From an uncultured Dehalococcoidia bacterium (GTDB taxonomy: Bacteria; Chloroflexota; Dehalococcoidia; Lucifugimonadales; UBA3495), in NCBI GenBank assembly GCA_951813535.1, contig OX638345.1:2899477-2963476 (forward strand): a DNA stretch of 64,000 nt, given 5' to 3'. Positions 25,492 through 34,979 of this stretch are shown in pieces (the stretch's first letter is position 1; every line of letters starts with the position of its first letter). The notes beneath the pieces are model-generated. The model was not told the origin of the DNA, ran no database searches, and saw only the letters and a list, made by a program, of their open reading frames with translations. Position numbers and translations under genes: made by a program.

Positions 25492-26445
25492 CTAGCCTCT
25501 GCGTCCGCCGCGCCGAGGGCCGCGGTTACGGGAGCGTTCCAGAAGGGAGCGGGCGGGCTCACCGCGCACGGCTTCGATGTCGTCCTGGTACTTCAGCATG
25601 ATGCCGAGGGTGTCGTCGATGACTTCCGGTTCGAGCTCACGCATGTTCAGTGCCATCAGCGCAGACGTCCAGTCCAGGGTCTCGGAGACTCCCGGGATCT
25701 TGTAGAGCTCGGTTTCCCGCAGTTCCTGGATGAAACCCGTGACCTGCTGGGCCAACTGACGGGGTGCGTCCGGGAGGCGCGCCGTGACGATCTGGAGTTC
25801 CTTCTGGTAGTCGGGGTAATCGACCCAGTAGTACAGGCACCGGCGCTTCAGCGCGTCGTGGACCTCGCGGGTGCGATTGGACGTGATCACGACGACGGGC
25901 GGGAAGGCGGCGTGAAAGGTACCCAGTTCGGGAATCGTGATCTGGTAGTCGGCGAGAAGCTCCAGGAGGAATCCCTCGAACTCCTCGTCGGAACGGTCCA
26001 GCTCGTCGATGAGGAGCACCGGGGCGCGGTCCCGGCTCTCGTCGATGGCTTCCAGCAACGGGCGCTTGATGAGGAACTGCGGGCCGAAAAGATCAACGCT
26101 TGACGCATCGCCACCGGCAGCGTCGCGCCGGGATTCCATCAGGCGGATTTCGAGCAGCTGACGGGTGTGGTTCCATTCGTAGACCGCGTGGTTGATGTCG
26201 AGGCCCTCGTAGCACTGCAACCGGATCAGGTCGGTGCCCAGGCCCGCGGCGAGTGCCCGGGCGATTTCGGTCTTGCCAACCCCGGCTTCGCCTTCCAGGA
26301 ACAGGGGTCGGCGCAACTTCAGAGCCAGGAAAATGGCGATGGCCAATCCCCGGTCGGTTACGTAGGACTGATCCCGCAGCAGGCTCTGAACGTCTTCCAC
26401 TGAGGCGGGGGCGGGTGATTCGTGCTCGGCGTGCAGGGTAGTCAA
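25492..26445 (-). CDS. MoxR-family AAA+ ATPase
   Basis: Walker A LEGEAGVGKTEIARAL, Walker B LLIDELDR and a MoxR-type C-terminal lid (PGVSETLDW). Confidence 0.85.
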   Translation of the reverse strand: MTTLHAEHESPAPASVEDVQSLLRDQSYVTDRGLAIAIFLALKLRRPLFLEGEAGVGKTEIARALAAGLGTDLIRLQCYEGLDINHAVYEWNHTRQLLEIRLMESRRDAAGGDASSVDLFGPQFLIKRPLLEAIDESRDRAPVLLIDELDRSDEEFEGFLLELLADYQITIPELGTFHAAFPPVVVITSNRTREVHDALKRRCLYYWVDYPDYQKELQIVTARLPDAPRQLAQQVTGFIQELRETELYKIPGVSETLDWTSALMALNMRELEPEVIDDTLGIMLKYQDDIEAVRGEPARSLLERSRNRGPRRGGRRG

Positions 26446-26478
26446 GGGTAGCTCCGTCGGCGATCAACTTTGGCCGGA

Positions 26479-27138
26479 TTATTGTAGCCGATTTGGAGGG
26501 ACGGTATGCCCGTGCGACCAGCGGGGAACGAATTCCTGAACGCGTTCGCGCAGCGTCTGCCAGTGGTCGCCCAAACCGGCGCGCTCGGTTTCCGTCAGGC
26601 GGTCGTAGGTGCGGCCGAACTCGGAAAAAAACCACAAGGGAAAGACCCAGAAGCCGTCGCCGTCAGTGTCCTTGCCTCGTTGCGCCATGGAATCCACAAT
26701 GCGCCCGGTGGCGCCGTTCACCTCCCAGGACGCGACGGTTTTGCCCCCGTCAGCGATGGCCAGGGCCTCCACGAAAGCGGCGCTGCGGTCAACACCTTTG
26801 AACGGTTGCATCAAGTCCATGAGGCGGCGCTGGCGTTCGGAATCATCCGCGGCGGGACCGGCAAAGCGATGGGTGTGCCGACTTTCCCAGTTTGGGCCCA
26901 ACACGGGAACCACCAGGCCGCCATCGCTGGCGATGGCGGGTATGCCCGAGATTCGGGACCATTCTTCCGCCTTGGCGCGGGCGATGGTTTCATGGGTGTT
27001 ACCACTCTCGTCTGGATCTGCGGTCACGCCCAGGTCGGCGGGCGCGACTGCCCGGATCGGCGTCCCTTCCAGCAGCCACGCGAGCATCCGCTGCTTGTCG
27101 GCATTGCCCGTAGCCAGCAATATTTGAGGGCGCGACAC
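26479..27138 (-). CDS. Ham1/RdgB-like non-canonical NTP pyrophosphatase (divergent)
   Basis: N-terminal ILLATGNADKQRML resembles the ATGN.GK..E ITPase motif. The rest is divergent. Confidence 0.5.
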   Translation of the reverse strand: MSRPQILLATGNADKQRMLAWLLEGTPIRAVAPADLGVTADPDESGNTHETIARAKAEEWSRISGIPAIASDGGLVVPVLGPNWESRHTHRFAGPAADDSERQRRLMDLMQPFKGVDRSAAFVEALAIADGGKTVASWEVNGATGRIVDSMAQRGKDTDGDGFWVFPLWFFSEFGRTYDRLTETERAGLGDHWQTLRERVQEFVPRWSHGHTVPPNRLQ

Positions 27139-27152
27139 CGGAGGATTGGCGA

Positions 27153-27551
27153 TCAGGAACCGCGCACGTTGACGTTGATGGGCAACCGAGCGACCTCAGC
27201 TCCGTCGATGGCAACGTGAAACGCGTGCGGCCCAGCCTGATCGAAGGTGACGCCGTTGACCTCGGCAATGATCCGGGCGGTGGCGTCGACGACCCCGTCA
27301 CGGGAAGGGAGCGCAATATCCTGCTCGATGGGCGGGATGGCATCCCGAGCGTCGGGAGTAAGCAAACGGATCACCATGCGCTTGTCGCCGGCTTCCACGA
27401 CGGAATAACGCATCACGCAGACCACCACGAACCGGGGGTGGGTCATGGGCAGGGAACCGCCCGACACTCCGTCGATGCCCACTCCCAAGGCGTGCAACTT
27501 GCCCCGGTCTTCAAGGGCAGAGTCACACAGGAACGCCAGATCGGTCGTCAT
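27153..27551 (-). CDS. hypothetical protein
   Basis: 132-aa ORF, 14 nt upstream of the Ham1-like gene and 21 nt downstream of the MFS gene. Coding-like third-position GC. No motif I can name with confidence. Confidence 0.5.
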   Translation of the reverse strand: MTTDLAFLCDSALEDRGKLHALGVGIDGVSGGSLPMTHPRFVVVCVMRYSVVEAGDKRMVIRLLTPDARDAIPPIEQDIALPSRDGVVDATARIIAEVNGVTFDQAGPHAFHVAIDGAEVARLPINVNVRGS

Positions 27552-27572
27552 GGGCGACGACGGAGCGTCTGA

Positions 27573-28979
27573 TTAGTTCCCGTCGCCGCCGGCGCTGCCG
27601 AAAGCGACGCCGGTGGCAGCGGCCGCCGGCGGGACTATCGCCGGAGCGGCATTGACGGTAGGCGTGCGTGCTTCGGGAGGCAACTGGTCCTCCCAGTCCG
27701 GGATCAACTGCCGCTTGGTGGTCTCGAGAGTCATGATGATGACGACGCCCAGGCCGCTGAAGGTCATGGACAGGATGAACGCCGGGATATACCCGATGAA
27801 CTGGATGATGATGCCGGCCACCAGCGTGGAGATAAAGTGTCCCATCATGGCGCCGGAGATCTGGAAGCCGTACACCGTGGCCACCGGGCCGGTGCCAAAG
27901 TACTGCCGATTGACCACCGGATAAGCCGACATCTCGCCGCCGAAGCCCAGACCGAAGACGCAGGCGAAGAGGTAGAACGCCCAGACATCACCGGCGAACA
28001 GCAGGATCGCCACCGAGCCGGCCTGTATTGCCAACGCGGCGGACATTATGAGCTTGCCGCCGATCCGCTCGGTGATGATGGGAACGAGGAAGCGCCCACT
28101 TATGCTGAACACGTTGATCAGCGTCAGGATGACCGCGGCGGTGGTGAACTCGATGCCGCGGTTTACGGCGAAGTCGACCACGAAAATCAGGACGATACCG
28201 TGCCCGGCGCAGCCCATGCCGTGAATGACGGGCAGATTCCAGAAGGCCCGAGTGTGCTTCATCTGGCGCTGGAATACCTTGAGACGGAGCTTGGATGCTT
28301 CGGGACTGAATCTGGTGGGCGGCGGGTCGGTGGGCGACGCTCCGTAGGCAAGCAGTCCTTTCTCGGCGGGCTGGTTGCGGAAGAACGGCATAAGGCCCAG
28401 GGTCAGTCCGCCGCCGACCAGGCCGATCACCACGAAGGTGGCGGTCCAGCCGAAGTTGACCAACAACAGCGAGTAGATCGGGGCCAACGCCGCCGCTCCC
28501 ACGCCGCCTGCGGCCCACATGAGGCCGATGCCCAAGCCCAGTCGCCGCTTGAACCAGGGGTTGACTGCCGCCATCAGCGGGACCATTGCGATGGAAGAGG
28601 TGAGCGCCAGCATGACGCTGTAAACGATGAAGAACTGCCATACCTCGGTGATGAACCCGATCAGGACCATGCTGACGCCGAACAATATCCCGCCCGCCAT
28701 CAGGAGCTTCCGGGCTCCCAGGATGTCGCCGAACCTTCCACTGAACGGGGAGGTGAGCGAACCCACCAGGTAGTAGCCGGCCAACGCGAAGCCGATGATC
28801 GCCGGCGACCATCCGAAGCGTCCGCCTTCGTCCAGAGGCATACGCAACTCGGGGACCATAATTCCGGCCGACATTGAAATGGACTGGCCGAAAATCTGGA
28901 CCACCGCCAGGATGGCGATGATTACCCACGCGTAGTGAAATCCGCCGGAGGATCGGCGAATACCGTTAGATGTGGCCAT
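27573..28979 (-). CDS. MFS transporter
   Basis: 468 aa, about 12 hydrophobic segments, with an MFS loop motif (GRFGDILGARK). Confidence 0.85.
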   Translation of the reverse strand: MATSNGIRRSSGGFHYAWVIIAILAVVQIFGQSISMSAGIMVPELRMPLDEGGRFGWSPAIIGFALAGYYLVGSLTSPFSGRFGDILGARKLLMAGGILFGVSMVLIGFITEVWQFFIVYSVMLALTSSIAMVPLMAAVNPWFKRRLGLGIGLMWAAGGVGAAALAPIYSLLLVNFGWTATFVVIGLVGGGLTLGLMPFFRNQPAEKGLLAYGASPTDPPPTRFSPEASKLRLKVFQRQMKHTRAFWNLPVIHGMGCAGHGIVLIFVVDFAVNRGIEFTTAAVILTLINVFSISGRFLVPIITERIGGKLIMSAALAIQAGSVAILLFAGDVWAFYLFACVFGLGFGGEMSAYPVVNRQYFGTGPVATVYGFQISGAMMGHFISTLVAGIIIQFIGYIPAFILSMTFSGLGVVIIMTLETTKRQLIPDWEDQLPPEARTPTVNAAPAIVPPAAAATGVAFGSAGGDGN

Positions 28980-29016
28980 TCAGAGGGGACTCCTGTGAGG
29001 AAGGATTGGCAATCGG

Positions 29017-29307
29017 TTAGTGCAACGGGCACGCGACCAGGAACGATTTGCCCCACCAAGTCTCCGAGACCGGGTTCGCGGAAGCCAAACGCGGGACGGA
29101 ATCGGAATCGACGGCGCCGGGCACTGATCCGGGCTGATAGGGGGTGCCGGTGAATCCGGCGGTGGCAGTGTCGGCGAGGCTGGAGAGATCGGCATCGCCG
29201 GCGGCAGAAACCGCCCACGCACCTAAGAAGATGATCAGCATGAGGGTGACCACCATCGCGCCGATGGAGGTCAATATGGCGAAGTTGCGCCTAGCGTACC
29301 TGACCAT
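29017..29307 (-). CDS. small membrane-anchored hypothetical protein
   Basis: ATG 29307 gives MVRYARRNFAILTSIGAMVVTLMLIIFLGAWAV... (96 aa). The longer listed ORF (to 29454) would overlap the acyl-CoA dehydrogenase gene. Confidence 0.4.
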   Translation of the reverse strand: MVRYARRNFAILTSIGAMVVTLMLIIFLGAWAVSAAGDADLSSLADTATAGFTGTPYQPGSVPGAVDSDSVPRLASANPVSETWWGKSFLVACPLH

Positions 29308-29368
29308 AGGGCGCCATCTTACTCCCCCAACGCCGGTCACGCCAATCACGGACTCGTCGCGTACCGAG

Positions 29369-30523
29369 TTATTCGGCCAGGCTCTGCTGGAAAACCTGAT
29401 CCCAGGCGAGGGCCCACGGCGGGCGCAGGTAACCGAGGGCTCGCACGTCGTCATACCAGACGGACAGGGGAGAATAGCGGGTATACGCGCTGCCTCCGGA
29501 CAACTTGCAGAGCCGGCCCAGGCAGTCCTCCGCGAGCCTGGCCACGCTTTCCTTGGCCAGGAGGAGATCCCGGCGGCCGGTGTTGGTTTCCAGGCAGCGG
29601 ATGGCGCCCTCCCATGCCTGGCCGATTAGCCACGCCTCCTGCTCGGCGTGGGCCCACTCGACCTGTTGGAATGCCCGCAAGCCGGGGTCGGATGCCATGC
29701 CGTTCTTGATGCGAGGGCGCACATGATCCATCGCCGCATCGACCACGCCGACGATCACTGAAGTGAACGCAGCCGCGCCCAGGCCGCCGTTGGCGCCCAT
29801 CAGCTCGGCCTGGTGGTTGGGCCAGGCAACCCGTGTCGCGGGAAAGTTGGCAAACTCGAAAGCGTGGCTGTTGGTGGACTTCATACCGTGCCCGCGCCAC
29901 TCTGCGGTGAGCTTCAGGCCGGTGGAGCCGTCCCAGGGGTGATTTCGGACCTCCATGAAGAACAGGTCGGGCACAGCCTCGCCGGCGGCCAGGGCACGGG
30001 TGGTCATGAACGACGTCAGGCCGGATCCGCTGCCGAAGTGTTTCTGACCCGAGATCCGGTAACCGAAATCGGTGACACCGTCGTGCTCGCATACGCTGGC
30101 GGTGCGAGACGTATCGCCACCGGAGCCGGGTTCGCTGACGATGGTGCCCCACCAGCAGCCGCTGTGGACGCTATCGAACACTGCATTGCGCTGCTGAATC
30201 CAACCCTCGGTGAAGGGCTCGGGGACGGTGGGCAGACGCCAGGAGGACAGCACCAGGTGGTGCATGGCGCTGGCCAGGGTGATGGAGGGGTCGCCGACGG
30301 CCAGTTTCCTGAGCATGGAGCAGATGGGCCGGGCGGACTGTTCGAGGCTCTCCCAGGTGCCACCGAGATCGGTGGGTACCGCCATGAGGGGTACGCCGAT
30401 CTGGCCCAAACGGGCGTAATCAGCCGGGTCGGCCTTGGTCCGCTGCTGGCGGTCAGCCCGGTCTTCCGCCCATTCCGCGGCCACGACGGGGGCCTGTTCC
30501 ACGATGGAGGCGATGGTCGTCAT
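29369..30523 (-). CDS. acyl-CoA dehydrogenase-family flavoprotein
   Basis: 384 aa with the ACAD three-domain pattern by eye. Family-level call only. Confidence 0.65.
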   Translation of the reverse strand: MTTIASIVEQAPVVAAEWAEDRADRQQRTKADPADYARLGQIGVPLMAVPTDLGGTWESLEQSARPICSMLRKLAVGDPSITLASAMHHLVLSSWRLPTVPEPFTEGWIQQRNAVFDSVHSGCWWGTIVSEPGSGGDTSRTASVCEHDGVTDFGYRISGQKHFGSGSGLTSFMTTRALAAGEAVPDLFFMEVRNHPWDGSTGLKLTAEWRGHGMKSTNSHAFEFANFPATRVAWPNHQAELMGANGGLGAAAFTSVIVGVVDAAMDHVRPRIKNGMASDPGLRAFQQVEWAHAEQEAWLIGQAWEGAIRCLETNTGRRDLLLAKESVARLAEDCLGRLCKLSGGSAYTRYSPLSVWYDDVRALGYLRPPWALAWDQVFQQSLAE

Positions 30524-30527
30524 ACTG

Positions 30528-31214
30528 TTATTCTCCGCGGCCCGTCAGTTCGGCGTAGCGGTCGAACAAGAGCCTTTTCACTTCAAACGCAAAACCGGCC
30601 AGGACGTCTTCCCCGGACAGGGTTTCGGGATCGTCCAAAACCTCAACGCCCCGCCCGGTCCGATAGACGTAAACGCGCCGACCGTAGGGGTCGATGTACC
30701 ACCCCAACCGGGCGCCGCCATCCATCCACTCCCGCATTTTTGCTAGGCCGGCCTCGACGCGGTCCGTACGGGAGCGGACTTCAACGACGAAATCGGGAGC
30801 GCCGGGAATGGTGCTCCGATATTCGCCAGATCGGAGAGCGTCGAACCTTTCCTGAGTGATCCACGCCGCATCAGGCATGTACACGGCACCGCTGGGCAGT
30901 TGGTAAAGAACGTTCTGAGAGGACGCATACCCGCCGTTTTCTCTTCGCCACAAAGCCAACGGAACGTTGGTCTCGTTCTCTCCTATGTTGCTCTCCCAAC
31001 CGGCTGGAGGCATAACGATCAATTCTCCCTGAGCAGTGTATTCAAACTCGTAGGGGTCGTTGTCGCAGGCCATCCGGCAAAATCGCTCCGCAAAATCCGG
31101 AGCCCGGTGGTCGATCCCAAGCGCCGACAGATTGATGCGCAGGGGCGCCGACAGCGATAATCCAGTCTCAGCTGCCGCGTCGGTTTGGCGAACAGGTTTG
31201 GCGGCTGTGGTCAT
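30528..31214 (-). CDS. Uma2 family (DUF820) putative endonuclease
   Basis: GELIVMPP..., PDAAWI..., APDFVVEVRS... and YVY... match the PD-(D/E)xK Uma2 pattern. ATG 31214 lies 5 nt after the upstream stop. Confidence 0.75.
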   Translation of the reverse strand: MTTAAKPVRQTDAAAETGLSLSAPLRINLSALGIDHRAPDFAERFCRMACDNDPYEFEYTAQGELIVMPPAGWESNIGENETNVPLALWRRENGGYASSQNVLYQLPSGAVYMPDAAWITQERFDALRSGEYRSTIPGAPDFVVEVRSRTDRVEAGLAKMREWMDGGARLGWYIDPYGRRVYVYRTGRGVEVLDDPETLSGEDVLAGFAFEVKRLLFDRYAELTGRGE

Positions 31215-31219
31215 TCCGT

Positions 31220-32425
31220 CTACTCGACCGTGATGTCGTAGCCGACGATGGCGCTGAAGTTCTTGCGCATATTGTTGTAGCGCGGCTCGTGGGATTGGAC
31301 CTGGCCTACGCTGTCGGTAGCGCGTGACATGACGTTGTACTGTCCCGGAGCAGCTTCCCAGACCCAGGACCAACGACGCCACATCCACCGCTCAGCCGGT
31401 TCTTCGAGGCGAGCGGGTTGCCAGGACTTCCCGCCGTCGACACTCACGTCGACCTGAGTGATGGCGCCGCTGCCGCTCCAGGCGTAACCGCGCACCACGT
31501 GCTTGCCCGCGGGCAAAGTGGCGGTGTCGTCGTTGGGTTGGGACACCAACGACTTCACACCGATTGTAGTGATCAGTTCCTTGTTGGGATCATCCGGCGA
31601 GTCGCCATAGTAATAGAAGTTGTAGTGGTACCAGCAGTCCGGCTCGTGATCCAGTACCTCCAGTCGGCGCAGCCACTTGACGGACCAGTTACCGGACCAA
31701 CCGGGCACGAGGAGGCGGATCGGGGCGCCGTGGAGGTGCTCCAAAACCTGACCGTTCTGGGCGTACGCGAGGATAGTGTCGGGATGGAGAGCTTTCTGGA
31801 GGGGAAGACCCTTGTCGTAGAAGAAGGGCTCGGTGCCCTCTGCGGCGGTGGCGGGCACGCCTTCATCCCAGCCCTCGGCGCGAATATGGGTGGCGCGGCC
31901 GGTGAGGCCAGCCTCGTTGAGGATGGCCGCCAGGGGCACGCCGGTCCACTCGCTTCCGGACAGGATCATGCGCTCCTGGGTGCGGGACGGGCGGGGGCCC
32001 TCGTCCTTGAAGTACTCGAAGTAGGTAGCGTCGCTGCCGGAACACTCCATTACGGTGCGAACTGAGCGGGAAGGGAACCGTCGAACGTCGTCGTAGGAAA
32101 GGCGCAGCGGCTTTTTCACCTCGCCGTCGACGGACAGGGACCAGTTGCGAACGGCAACCGGGTCCGGCACGCCGAAATGCTGTACAACATAGTGCAATTC
32201 GGTGGGAGTGATGAGGCCCTCCAGGTCCATGACCGGCGTGCGGACGCGCTCGGTCTTGCCGTCAGGGCGCGGAAGGGTAACCGGTTCGACCTTCTTGTGG
32301 GGCCAACCGTACCAGGAGTCAGTGTTGTCGCCGCTGTCCGAAGACTCTGCGCCGTCCATTTGCAAAAAGTCGGGCCGGGCGGCATCGTCGGCCTGATTCT
32401 CCGGGGTGTTCTGCTGCGTAGTCAT
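31220..32425 (-). CDS. sulfite-oxidase-like molybdopterin oxidoreductase (SorA-like)
   Basis: TPTELHYVVQHFG, RTVMECSGS and HGAPIRLLVPGWSGNWSVKWL, plus a C-terminal dimerisation/Ig-like domain pattern. ATG 32425 (MTTQQNT) is chosen over the listed 32566. Confidence 0.7.
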   Translation of the reverse strand: MTTQQNTPENQADDAARPDFLQMDGAESSDSGDNTDSWYGWPHKKVEPVTLPRPDGKTERVRTPVMDLEGLITPTELHYVVQHFGVPDPVAVRNWSLSVDGEVKKPLRLSYDDVRRFPSRSVRTVMECSGSDATYFEYFKDEGPRPSRTQERMILSGSEWTGVPLAAILNEAGLTGRATHIRAEGWDEGVPATAAEGTEPFFYDKGLPLQKALHPDTILAYAQNGQVLEHLHGAPIRLLVPGWSGNWSVKWLRRLEVLDHEPDCWYHYNFYYYGDSPDDPNKELITTIGVKSLVSQPNDDTATLPAGKHVVRGYAWSGSGAITQVDVSVDGGKSWQPARLEEPAERWMWRRWSWVWEAAPGQYNVMSRATDSVGQVQSHEPRYNNMRKNFSAIVGYDITVE

Positions 32426-32673
32426 TGGGCGTGCGTCTCCAAGGTTGGATGGCCGGCCCCCTGGCCGGCGATTAGCCAGTTTCCCATGCCGGGGGCGCGG
32501 CGACAAGTGGCGACCCGCGATTCGGCAGGGCTTTGCGACCCCACTCTCGAACCGACCATTGCCCAACGATTGGTGGCGAACCGGCAGGATCGTGGAACGT
32601 AGTCGTCGTGTGGCCGCCCGGGTTGCTGCTCTGGAAAGAACGACAGATTGGCGTTGTCAGGCGTCAGCACGAT

Positions 32674-32702
32674 TTGACACCGGGCGATACCACGGGAACA
32701 AT
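32674..32702 (+). promoter_or_regulatory. possible promoter TTGACA-N17-AACAAT for the small ORF at 32742
   Basis: Perfect -35 hexamer, 17-nt spacer and a weak -10, 40 nt upstream of the TTG start. Confidence 0.3.
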
Positions 32703-32741
32703 CTCCGTTAGCCGCGCAAGGCCGGACGCCAGGAGGTTCCA

Positions 32742-32999
32742 TTGACCACGTTGCACATCATCGTCGAGATAGCGGAGCAGGTCCCCACCGGCCGGACGGA
32801 GTGGCGCGTGGACTGCGCGGAATGTGATTGGTACGACATATTTGACGACCGGAGGCGGGCGGAGGACGCGGCAACAAATCACGTCGGCCAGTCCCATGAA
32901 TCTGAGACGGCGTACAACCGCATCGTGCAGACCCTGCGGATAGAGCCCAACCCAGAAGAAAGCGACCTGGTCGTCACGTCTGCCGAGCCAGGTCGCTAA
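32742..32999 (+). CDS. hypothetical 85-aa protein
   Basis: TTG start with AGGAGG 5 nt upstream (32731..32736). No recognisable motif. Confidence 0.5.
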   Translation: MTTLHIIVEIAEQVPTGRTEWRVDCAECDWYDIFDDRRRAEDAATNHVGQSHESETAYNRIVQTLRIEPNPEESDLVVTSAEPGR

Positions 33000-33070
33000 C
33001 TGTTGATCCGAGCCTCGTACCCGGCCGGGGAGCCGGGGTCAGTTGCTGCGGGCGCCGCACGATGGCTCCG

Positions 33071-34687
33071 TCAGCTGGCGGCGTACTTCTCGCCCAGGGC
33101 GGTCTCCCACCGCAGGTAGTTCTGCATATCGGCATAGTTCCGGTCGGGTCCGCTGAAAACCACGTCAGAAGGCGTCCGCGTGACCCCGCTGAGTCCTTCC
33201 TCCACCGGGAGGCGGGAGGCCTGCCACGACGTGACACCCCCAGCCAGGACTTTCGTGTCGGAATAACCGATCTGGCGCAGCGTTGCGGCCGCCAGCAGGG
33301 ATTGGCGCCCGTCGACACAGGTAACCACGATGCTGGCATCATTGGACCTGACGTGGTCCGTGACCTGCCATTCGAGCCATCCTCGCGGCACCCAGCGTGA
33401 GCCGGGCACGTGGGCACGGGCGAATTCCTGGCTGGTATCGACAAAGATGATCACGTCGGGGCGATCTTGGTCGAGGGCCTGAGCCGAAACGGCCGGCACC
33501 GTACGACGAGCCTCCGCCAACAGTTCGGACTCGGTATCGCCAGCGATGGAACCGTCGTTCAATGCGCCGAGGCTCATTCCGGATTCCAACGGACGCCCTG
33601 CAGCGACCCAAGCCTGGGTACCGCCGTCGACGGCGTAGACCTCTGCGTGCCCCAATTGGCGAAACCAGGAACCGGTCAGGGTAGCCCTGGCCTTGCCGTC
33701 GCAACAGAACACTATCGGGGCGTTTTTCACGACTGCCACGTCGTCGCTACGCTGGACGCACTGGCCACCGGGGAACCACCGGAAGCCCGGAATTCGACCC
33801 CGGTCATATTCTTCAGACGTACGCACGTCAATGAAGTAGATGCTCTCGGTCACACTGCGGTCGGCCATGGCGTCCAAGCCAGCGACGTCCAGGAAGCGCA
33901 CGCCGTCTTCGGCCGCGCACCGTTCGGCGTAGGCCTCCGCTGCGGCGCGGCCTTCATCAGACACGCTGGGCAGGCGGTCCCGAGTCGCGCCAGATTCCAG
34001 ATCGTATCCGGCCAGCACCCAGCCGGAAGTGCCGTTTTTGAGGCCGACTACCTGGCGGTCCAGTCCCATGCGTTGCAGGACACGGGTCCCGATGATGCTG
34101 CGGGTGCGTCCGGCGCAGTTAACCACCACGGTGGCATCCGGGTCCAAGTCTGCCGTGATGTCCGTAATCCGCAGAGCTAACTCACCACCAGGCACACTTC
34201 GGCCTCCGGGTATGCAGAAACGGCGGTACTCCTCCGGCGTGCGCGTGTCTAGGATGACCATTTTTTCACCGCGATCCATACGGGCGCGCAATTCAATGGC
34301 ATCAATCTCGGGCACGTGGTGAACAACTTCGACCTTTTCGCCGAAATCCTTGCTGGGCACATTTACACCCCACTCGGTGGGGTAGTCCAAACTCACCCAG
34401 CGGTTGATGCCGCCGTCCAGCCAACCAACATTGTCGAACCCCATCGCTTCGACCGTGGCCACTGCCCGCGACACGCGGCGGCCGTCATCGTCGCACAGTA
34501 CAATCAGCGACCCCGCGTGGGGCACCGCGGAATGGAGGTCGAATTCCAGCCTCCGGCGAGGCATCAGGCTGCTTCCGGGGATGTGGCTGGAGTTGTATTC
34601 CCCGGGTTCGCGTACGTCAATCAGGGCAAAGGGTTGAGTGTCGTTGAACAACTCGTGAAGCTGTTCCGGACTAAAGGGACTAGCCAT
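33071..34687 (-). CDS. four-domain rhodanese (sulfurtransferase) protein
   Basis: Four tandem rhodanese-like modules. Candidate active-site loops are CDDDGRR, CAGRTRS, CCDGKAR and CVDGRQS. GGAG lies 8 nt upstream of the ATG. Confidence 0.8.
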   Translation of the reverse strand: MASPFSPEQLHELFNDTQPFALIDVREPGEYNSSHIPGSSLMPRRRLEFDLHSAVPHAGSLIVLCDDDGRRVSRAVATVEAMGFDNVGWLDGGINRWVSLDYPTEWGVNVPSKDFGEKVEVVHHVPEIDAIELRARMDRGEKMVILDTRTPEEYRRFCIPGGRSVPGGELALRITDITADLDPDATVVVNCAGRTRSIIGTRVLQRMGLDRQVVGLKNGTSGWVLAGYDLESGATRDRLPSVSDEGRAAAEAYAERCAAEDGVRFLDVAGLDAMADRSVTESIYFIDVRTSEEYDRGRIPGFRWFPGGQCVQRSDDVAVVKNAPIVFCCDGKARATLTGSWFRQLGHAEVYAVDGGTQAWVAAGRPLESGMSLGALNDGSIAGDTESELLAEARRTVPAVSAQALDQDRPDVIIFVDTSQEFARAHVPGSRWVPRGWLEWQVTDHVRSNDASIVVTCVDGRQSLLAAATLRQIGYSDTKVLAGGVTSWQASRLPVEEGLSGVTRTPSDVVFSGPDRNYADMQNYLRWETALGEKYAAS

Positions 34688-34979
34688 CAGCGCATCTCCG
34701 TCGACCAGGTCTATTTGATTCCGATCCTTGCGATCAGCAGCCGGTCACGCGGACGAGAACATCGACAATCAATATTGTGGTTCTACAATCCGCTCATTGT
34801 CTGTCGGAAATTATATGGGCTCCCACGCGATTTATGTTCGCGCCGCAGGAACTGGAGGCGGGGTTGGGGATTCACTATATCTTGGTCGAGACTACAGGTT
34901 GGCGATTCGCCAATATCGATGGGTATGCCACAAGTATACACTCCGAGCGCCAATGCGTCCCCGGCGTGACCATGCGGGA

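Noticed and set aside
32426-32600. Moco riboswitch upstream of the SorA-like molybdoenzyme gene.
   Set aside because: I could not find the conserved Moco-motif blocks on the minus strand. Only an ordinary GGAGA RBS is present.
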